The position numbers and the translations under genes are program-made. From NCBI GenBank assembly GCA_951406725.2, contig OX597823.1:108748001-108812000 (forward strand): 64,000 nt of DNA. The letters run 5' to 3'. Of the stretch, positions 54,658 to 64,000 are shown one piece after another; within the stretch, counting starts at the first letter, position 1, and each line of letters begins with the position of its first letter. Origin of the DNA: Octopus vulgaris. Taxonomy: Eukaryota. The notes beneath the pieces are model-generated. The model made no database searches. It saw nothing but the letters and a program-made list of their open reading frames with translations, and was not told the origin of the DNA.

Positions 54658-54901
54658 TGTGAGAAGGTTAAACTGAGGAAATATTTGAGTTCGAATTATT
54701 ATGGAAAAGGAAGAGATAGGGAATATAGAGGAAAATAAGAGAATGAAAGTAGAAATAAGATATATAAAGATATTGTAGTTGCAGTTCCATTATTCGAGGA
54801 AAATGGTGAATAGAAGTGGTAAAAAGTCTCCTGTACATGGTATGTATGTACCAATAGCAGTTCATGTTTTGTCATTTCAATGTGTAGAGCCATGGAATCT
54901 A

Positions 54902-54990
54902 GCGCTGGGGTCGATATAATCGACTTAATCCGTTTCTCAGTCCTTGTTTGTCTTCTCTGTGTTTAGCCCCTTGTGGGTAGTAAAGAAATA
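54902..54990 (+). mobile_element. 5'-truncated SINE family C with 63-bp flanking duplication
   Basis: 54839-54901 equals 54991-55053 with one mismatch. Confidence 0.9.
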
Positions 54991-56428
54991 GGTATGTATG
55001 TACCAATAGCAGTTCATGTTTTGTCATTTCAATGTGTGGAGCCATGGAATCTATATTATTTGGTCGAAAGAGTTTTGTGGTGTGAATGAAAATTTGAGAA
55101 TATATTTGTAGTATTTGTGGATAGATGATGGGAGGAGAGATGTATATGAACAGAAAGACGAGATAGGTCAAACTGAGAAAAGGAAGAGAAAATGAGAAAA
55201 AGGGAGAAGGAAGAAAACAAAAAGTGAAAAGAGTGGAAAAGTGAAGAAAGGGTGAAAGAAGTGAGAAAAGGAGTGTTAGTTTGTGGTCAAGATAATGCGA
55301 TGTGAGAATGGGAAAGGAGTGGAAGAGGGAGAGGAAGAGATGAGAAGGTAAAGAGTAAAAGAATGTAAGATATGTGAGTAGGGGTGATATGAACGAGCTG
55401 TATTAAGGGATGTGTAGAGAAAAGGTATGGGTGGGTGATTCCGAAGTGAGTAGTATTTTTGGTAGTAAATTTTGAAGTGAAACGAAAAATGACTGAAACA
55501 AGTAAAAAAGTAAAAGAGTAAATGAAAGGGTCGAAAGTATAATTTTATGCAGAAGTAGTGTTTGCAGAACTTTTAAATTCTATAAAATTTTTTTTTTTAA
55601 TTACTGATGAAAACTCATGAAGAATGACAACTAACAATCTATGCAACATTCAGTTCCTCAAACAGAACATTTTAGAGAGAAAAAAAACCCCACCTTAATG
55701 ATCCGTCAAAAATAAGCACACGCTATCCAAGCGATATCATTCTTTTTGCAGTTATTGTTCTTCTAATTTTTATTAAGTGTATTTTCCTACTCAGTGCTTA
55801 TATATGAATGGCGCTTAAAACACTAATAGGCACAAGTACTATTACTTACAAACATTGGACAACTTGAAGTTATGGTAGGAAAAAGCTGACCCGATGTTCT
55901 GTGCTATAAGCTAAATCCGAAACCACACAGCTGCAAAGTGAACTTCTTAAACCATTTATCCACGTCTATGACAAAATGATGATTTGGTTTTATTGAGTTC
56001 TAACAAGCCACCGGATCACCTGACAATCACTAAAGACTTTGTATTCATAGTAAATATCTTAAGGTCATCACCTTGGCAGGGCCATTCTTCTAAAAGATAA
56101 AACCAAAGGGGAAAGAACTGAAATTATCACATGTTGATGAAATGATTGACAATTTAACCCTGCAAATTTAGCGTACAGTGTTGAGTTTTTTTTTTCTGTC
56201 CTCTAGCATTTGGTAACGTGGTGTGTGCAATCTACGAATCATGTACCTTGACTATGCAACAGAAATAAGTTCCAGTGCCAAGCTATAAGCCACGGTTCTA
56301 CTTGTACTCACCAATTGTACTCACCATTTGTTAATTTGCCCGTCTTTAAACTCCGCACAGAAATGGTTATACAAACAAGCTAAAATTCCAAGACAACTAA
56401 GACCTGACATTCCAAGATATTTCAGCCA

Positions 56429-56432
<4 letters not shown>

Positions 56433-56498
<66 letters not shown>

Positions 56499-56500
56499 TC
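56433..56500. repeat. (CT)n microsatellite
   Basis: Seen directly. Confidence 0.95.
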
Positions 56501-57339
56501 TAATAATCTGCTATAATTAGTTGGCAATTAAGAACAGAGTACTAAACTTCATCAGTAATATTTCAGATTAAATTTAACAACCACGAAATCACGGCACTAA
56601 CGAATATATTTAGACTGCTATTAAATCATTTAAAGAGATTATGATTCAGCACGATTTTTTTTGTATTATCTTTTTGTGTCATTGTTAAGGGGAATATTCC
56701 TTCTGCTTAATGCAGTTTCTACCCCCAATCTTCTTTAATTTTTAGGTCACTTCCCATAATGCCATTCTACCTAAGTTTGTCCAATGGCAATTTAGTTTAG
56801 GATATCATCATTATCGGTCTTTCCCATCTCCCTGATTTAGACCTGATTGACTTAATGACGTTTGTATTAACATATAGCTATATGTATGTACTTACGTATG
56901 TATGGATAAAGATACCATGTTGTATATAAATATATGAGCGCATGCATTGATGTGCATACAATGCAAGTTTGTATGGATGTATGCAAATGTGTATGCACCT
57001 TTGTGTGTGTACATACATACATACAGCCAGACAGAATATGTGCGTTTGTGTGCATATGTGCGTGCGTTAGAACATGTGTGTATAAGAAGAATAAAACTGT
57101 ATATGATAATTTATTTCTCTCATTATCACTTTTCTCTCGCTGTGTCTCGGTATACCTTCCTCACTAAGCATGCGTATCTGCATGAGTAATACTATATGTA
57201 TATGCATGGATGTGTATGTATATATGTGTCTTTTAATGTATCTATACAGAATTTCAAGATGTCTGAGCGGACGTGTTCTAAGTAGCTCAACAGATAGATA
57301 TTTCTAATTAGGCAAATTATTTCTATTAACTATTCAAAA

Positions 57340-58860
<1,521 letters not shown>

Positions 58861-59394
58861 ATAAAAGTATGTACGTATCTACAGAATAGAATTATTTCAT
58901 AAATCTATATTCTCTAATGCGTAGATAATAAAGAAGGAACGAAACAAACAACAAAAGGAATATTAAAAGAAAAACAACAACAACAACAGACAGTTCGTCA
59001 TAATTAATTACAACAATAAATCTTTCACATCCTCTATAATTTATTTCCTCATTTAAATTATTCTCATTTAATGAACAAAATTGCAAGAAATCAATTTTTG
59101 AAAAGAACGCTTTAAGCAAACTGTATTTGATCGCTTTATATGATTTTGTATGGTTTTATATGGGGTTTTCGTCTAGTTTTATATTTATTTTTCATGTGGT
59201 TATATATATTTAGTTTTTATTCTGTTTTTTTTGCATGGATTTGTGCGATTAGATGGTGTTTGTTTTAATATGGTTTTCATCTGTCTCTCATTATTTTATT
59301 TTATTTTTTATTTTTATCTGATTTTATTTTTCTATTCATTTTTCTATTTAAAGTATTCGAATGGTTTCGTTGCTGTTATAGTTAACACTGTCTG

Positions 59395-59576
59395 TAATGT
59401 TGTTGTTGTTGCTGTTGTTTTAGTTGTTGTTGTTCTTGATGATGATGATGATGATAATGATGATGATGATGCTGATGGTGAGGATAACGGTGATGGTAGT
59501 GATGAGCACGTTGTTGTTCACTATGGAGAAGACGGTGAGGATGTTGATAATGGCGAAAGTGTTGTTAAGAATATTA

Positions 59577-59628
<52 letters not shown>

Positions 59629-59717
59629 GGTTGACGATGACGATGATGCCGATGATGATGATGATGATGAGGTTGATGATGATGATGAACTTGATGATGT
59701 TGTTTATGATGATGATG

Positions 59718-59748
<31 letters not shown>

Positions 59749-59895
59749 CGATGATGACGATGATGACAGAGAAGAAGATAGTAGTGGTGTTTGGTGGGGT
59801 GATGATTATAATGATGATAATGACCATGAGGGAAACGATGATTACTGTGAGAATGAAGGAGATTCTGACGATAATACGGTGATGCTGATGATAAT
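59395..59895. repeat. (GAT)n array
   Basis: Seen directly; source of the poly-D/M/H/I ORFs. Confidence 0.95.
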
Positions 59896-60130
59896 GGTAT
59901 ACTCTTCTCCATCATCGCCTCATCCTCTTCTACTCTCCGTTCTTGAAGCCAAATCAAATGAATGTATTCATGAAATGTAATGCCTGAGTATTTTTTTTTT
60001 ACTTTATAATCTCTCTACGAAGTGAAACATCTTAGGCATTTAAACGCATGCGCACACATAGACCCAATCACATATCCTTATATCTACATACTCCCTCACC
60101 CATATCCATACGTGTGTGCATATCTATATT

Positions 60131-60247
<117 letters not shown>

Positions 60248-60354
60248 AAAATATTATTAGAGACAAAACCACTATTTTGCAAAACAAACAAGGAAAGACT
60301 TAATCAATACATAAAATTTTAATAAATAGTCAAAAAATAGTCAAAAAAATAGTC

Positions 60355-60435
<81 letters not shown>

Positions 60436-61734
60436 CATAGATATGTACGCATGTATATAAGTGTGTATGTATGTATATATCTATATCTATTTACGCACAT
60501 GCGCGCGCACGCACACACGTGCACATGCACACACACAAACGCACGCATGTCAGAGAAACTATGAACAATGAAAGGGGAAACACCTGAGAAGTAAAACTAG
60601 ATATGTAAGATATTAGTTTAACAGATTATAATAAAGAGAATGTGTCATAACGTTTCGGAGGTTACTACCTCATCAGAAGTTCAAAAGAGAGAAATGAGGA
60701 ACAAGAACAACAAACAGGCATATGAAAAGAAATCAAGTGAGGTTTGGAGTTAAGAAGGAAGACATTGGGTGGGGTGAGAAGGTACAAGAATAAATATATA
60801 TCGTTATCTGAATGCACGTATATATATGTAGGAAAGGGTACGTGTATGTTTGTGCGTATGAATGTGTGTGTGTGTGTATATATGTGTGTGCGTATGTATG
60901 TATGTATGTAAAGTTTTATCAACTGGCCTATGCAAATTTTTTATCCATCGCTGCAGTATATAAAACCAAGTGTTTGTGAGCTTTTTCTCTCTACAGAGAA
61001 ATATCAAAGAAATTTGTACTCGTACATTAGATACCTATGGATCCCAAGTCTGACTTAGACTTGTATTGTTTATGTCAAGACATACCATTTAAGTTTAAGT
61101 TTAAGAAAACATTGTGCTGTGCAACATCAACGTATATATATAAAGTATAAATTAGAGAAAAACCATTTTTATGCAATTCAAACAATGTGAGAAATAAACC
61201 AAATCTTAAATAGAAAATAAAATACATTTTAAAAAACATATAACTAGATCACAAAAAGTATAAAAATGAATAATCAATATATAATATATATATATAGACA
61301 GATAGATAGATAGATTTAAATTTATAGTTATGTATATATGTATGTGTGTGAGTATCCGTGTATGTGTCTGTATGTGTGTTTGTGCGCGTATGTTTTCTTT
61401 CAAACTGCAAAATAAGGAATACGTCATGGTGGTGTTTTCGTATACATCCACAAAGATGTCATGACATGAAATCTGTAGTCTCATTCCAACACGGTTCGTG
61501 ACACACCAATGGTTTCACCTGATCTTTCAAATTTTGATGGCAAGTTTATAAGAAATCTTGAGAATGACCGAGCGGTGCTAATGACACCGGATCAACATAT
61601 GAATATACTTTTTCTTTAGCAACTTCAAGTCCAGATTTAAAATGACCGGAAGGCAGCATGCTCCCAGGAATGTTACACAGGAAAATAGGTGAGCAAAATT
61701 TCTACTTGGTTTCTAAATTGTTATTCATGAAACA

Positions 61735-61905
61735 AATAATTCCCTGATCCTAACGGCATCACGAACCATGGGGGCCCACGCTCGATGGTCCTGTGCGAGG
61801 TCACTGGAGATAGCGAGCCATTCGCTGTTCCATCTGCGCAGACCGACCACCTGCGGACCTGAGAGTTCAGAGAGGTCCTCCTTTATCGTCGTTGCCCATA
61901 TTGAA
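61735..61905 (-). pseudogene. RTE-clade LINE C-terminal fragment
   Basis: WATTIKEDLSELSGPQVVGLRRWNSEWLAISSDLAQDHRAWAPMVRDAV fits the W..T...DL ... W.....A.DR..W pattern of RTE C-termini. Confidence 0.7.
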
Positions 61906-62184
61906 CATACATAATGGGAAGATGACCCCAACAGACAATATATACCATAGAGGAAGAAAGCGATCCTTGTAATCCATCCTGAAGTTCTATAAAGCAAAGC
62001 AGGCTACAAATTGATTAAGAAGGTGAGTCTAAAAAATTGCCCCGAAAGTCTCTGAGTTTACAAGAGAATGACATAAAACTCACAGAATAAAATTTACCGC
62101 AGATAAAAAATTTCGAAACGAACAAAACTTTATTCTGAGAGACGATAAATAAAGATTTCAACTCGTTTGAATACGTTTACTGAT

Positions 62185-62572
62185 CTTTTACTTGTTTCAG
62201 TCATTTGACTGCGGCCATGCTAGTCACCGCCTTTAGTCGAGCAAATCGACCCCAGGACTTATTCTTTGTAAGCCCAGTACTTATTCTATCGGTCTCTTTT
62301 GCCGAACCGCTAAGTTACGGGGACGTAAACACATCAGCATCGGTTGTCAAGCGACGTTGGGGAGACAAACACAGACACACAAACGCGCACACACAAACAC
62401 AGATTTATACGACGGGATTCTTTCAGTTTCCGTCTACCAAATCCACTCACAAGGCATTGGTCGGCCCGAGGCTATAGTAGAAGACACTTGCCCAAGGTGC
62501 CACGCAGTGGGAATGAACCCGGAACCATGTGGTTGGTAAGCAAGCTACTTACCATACAGCTTTTCCTGCGCC
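62185..62572 (-). mobile_element. SINE family A
   Basis: Full length. Confidence 0.93.
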
Positions 62573-63107
62573 TATAAGTTTTCATAGGATTGGTCAGTAT
62601 TATTGTTGATTTTTTGAGGAAATTTCGCTTATGATTCTTGTAGATAAATAAATGCTTGAGGAGCGAAAAAGATTTTGTGGGGTCGTCAATGAAGATGCCA
62701 AAGTTACTGCCCCATCTATTTATTGATCTACTTTAACAGGTTTTCATAAGTTTTCTTGTTATTGCTAATTGAACTGGAGATAATGTTGCCATTCGTTTGA
62801 ACATGTAGAATTTACCGAATTTGATATTTTCAGTTTCTGTATAAAGGTCAATTTGAAACGGATTAAGTTTATTGAGGAATGGATTCATATTAGTTTTAAA
62901 ACAGAATATATTTACCGTGCTGTTGTTGCCAAGGGATTTATGGGAATGATATGATCTCCAGAGAAGTCTTTCAACAAAATTTTCCGTCTTCTATACCGGA
63001 TATTTACAATAAGACTTCTACTTGGGTACTGATGTTTTTTCGGAGAATAAAGTCTCTTATACATACCTACCTTCATAGGTACATATACGAACAAACATAT
63101 ACAAATA

Positions 63108-63523
63108 GGCGCAGGAGTGGCTGTGTGGTAAGTAGTTTGCTAACCAACCACATGGTTCCGGGTTCAGTCCAACTGCGTGGCATCTTCGGTAAGTGTCTTC
63201 TACTATAGCCTCGGGCCGACCAATGCCTTGTGAGTGGATTTGGTAGACGGAAACTGAAAGAAGCCTGTCGCATATATGTATATATATATGTAATTTGTGT
63301 GTATGTTTGTATGTCTGTGTTTGTCCCCCTAGCATTGCTTGACAACCGATGCTGGTGTGCTTACGTCCCCGTCACTTAGCGGTTCGGCAAAAGAGACCGA
63401 TATAATAACTACTAGGCTTACAAAGAATAAGTTCCGGGGTCGATTTGCTCGACTAAAGGCGGTGCTCCAGCATGGCCGCAGTCAAATGACTGAAACAAGT
63501 AAAAGAGTAAAGAGTAAAGAGTA
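63108..63523 (+). mobile_element. SINE family A
   Basis: Full length with (AGTAAA(A)G)n tail. Confidence 0.93.
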
Positions 63524-64000
63524 TATACATACAAATTCCTTAATTTAATATATTAGCATTTTTCATCAGAGCATAGGTATAGTAAGATATTAAATAGGAT
63601 CCGTGTCAAGGTTAATTATTCAGCTAGTAAGAATTTCGGTCGGTGTTCGGTCATCTCAGAGGTTATAGTGTTGCAAAACTGAATTAAAAAGATGAGCAAA
63701 AGGCAGGCCAGTATCAATCATGCAACTTTAGCATTAGTGTGCATCACCCACTAGATGGTAACTGTTTCGAAAAGGGAATAGTAAGTAGCATTATAGTAGA
63801 AACAAACAACAGTTATTAACCTAACATATGCACTGGAACAAATTTACATTCAAAGATCAATTTTAGAATCACAAGCATTCAATTGTCGACCCAGATAAAA
63901 ATTAGTTACGGTTTTGTCGAAATTTATATGATTTTTATGTGAGATAAATCCACACGAATTCAAAGTGACCTGGTCGATTGTAGATAAAGCACAGCCATTC

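Larger units (their letters stand above)
54545..55490 (-). mobile_element. Probable Penelope-like element 3' remnant
   Basis: Hammerhead motif near its 3' end, long pyrimidine-rich UTR on minus, and a faint LLTSES...SLNT peptide at about 55400-55455. Confidence 0.45.

Noticed and set aside
59231-59980. 249-aa acidic ORF and similar poly-residue or [12 protein letters not shown] ORFs
   Set aside because: They are translations of microsatellites, open in several frames.
63108-63185. tRNA-like sequences at SINE heads
   Set aside because: A and B boxes are present but each continues into a SINE body; no convincing cloverleaf or terminator.

Overview
AT-rich eukaryotic (animal) genomic DNA with no long genuine ORF. 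Almost all ORF-track entries are translations of microsatellites or SINEs. The repeat families resemble, from my recollection of octopus repeats, a cephalopod genome; that assignment is inference. The window is a patchwork of at least four short retroposon families (here A, B, C, D), 5'-truncated RTE-clade LINE relics, mariner transposase relics, Tc1/mariner- and piggyBac-type MITEs, a non-autonomous Helitron, probable Penelope-like fragments and many simple repeats. Main observations: minimal hammerhead-ribozyme motifs (best at 54606-54657, minus strand); 63 bp and about 72 bp flanking duplications around retroposon insertions; an apparent GTA target preference of family C; arrays of a pseudoknot-forming unit in family B; module swapping among SINEs; a CpG-density step near 35 kb; and a few weakly supported candidate exons of a secreted protein. 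Family labels A-D are my own. All structure and homology calls were made by eye.
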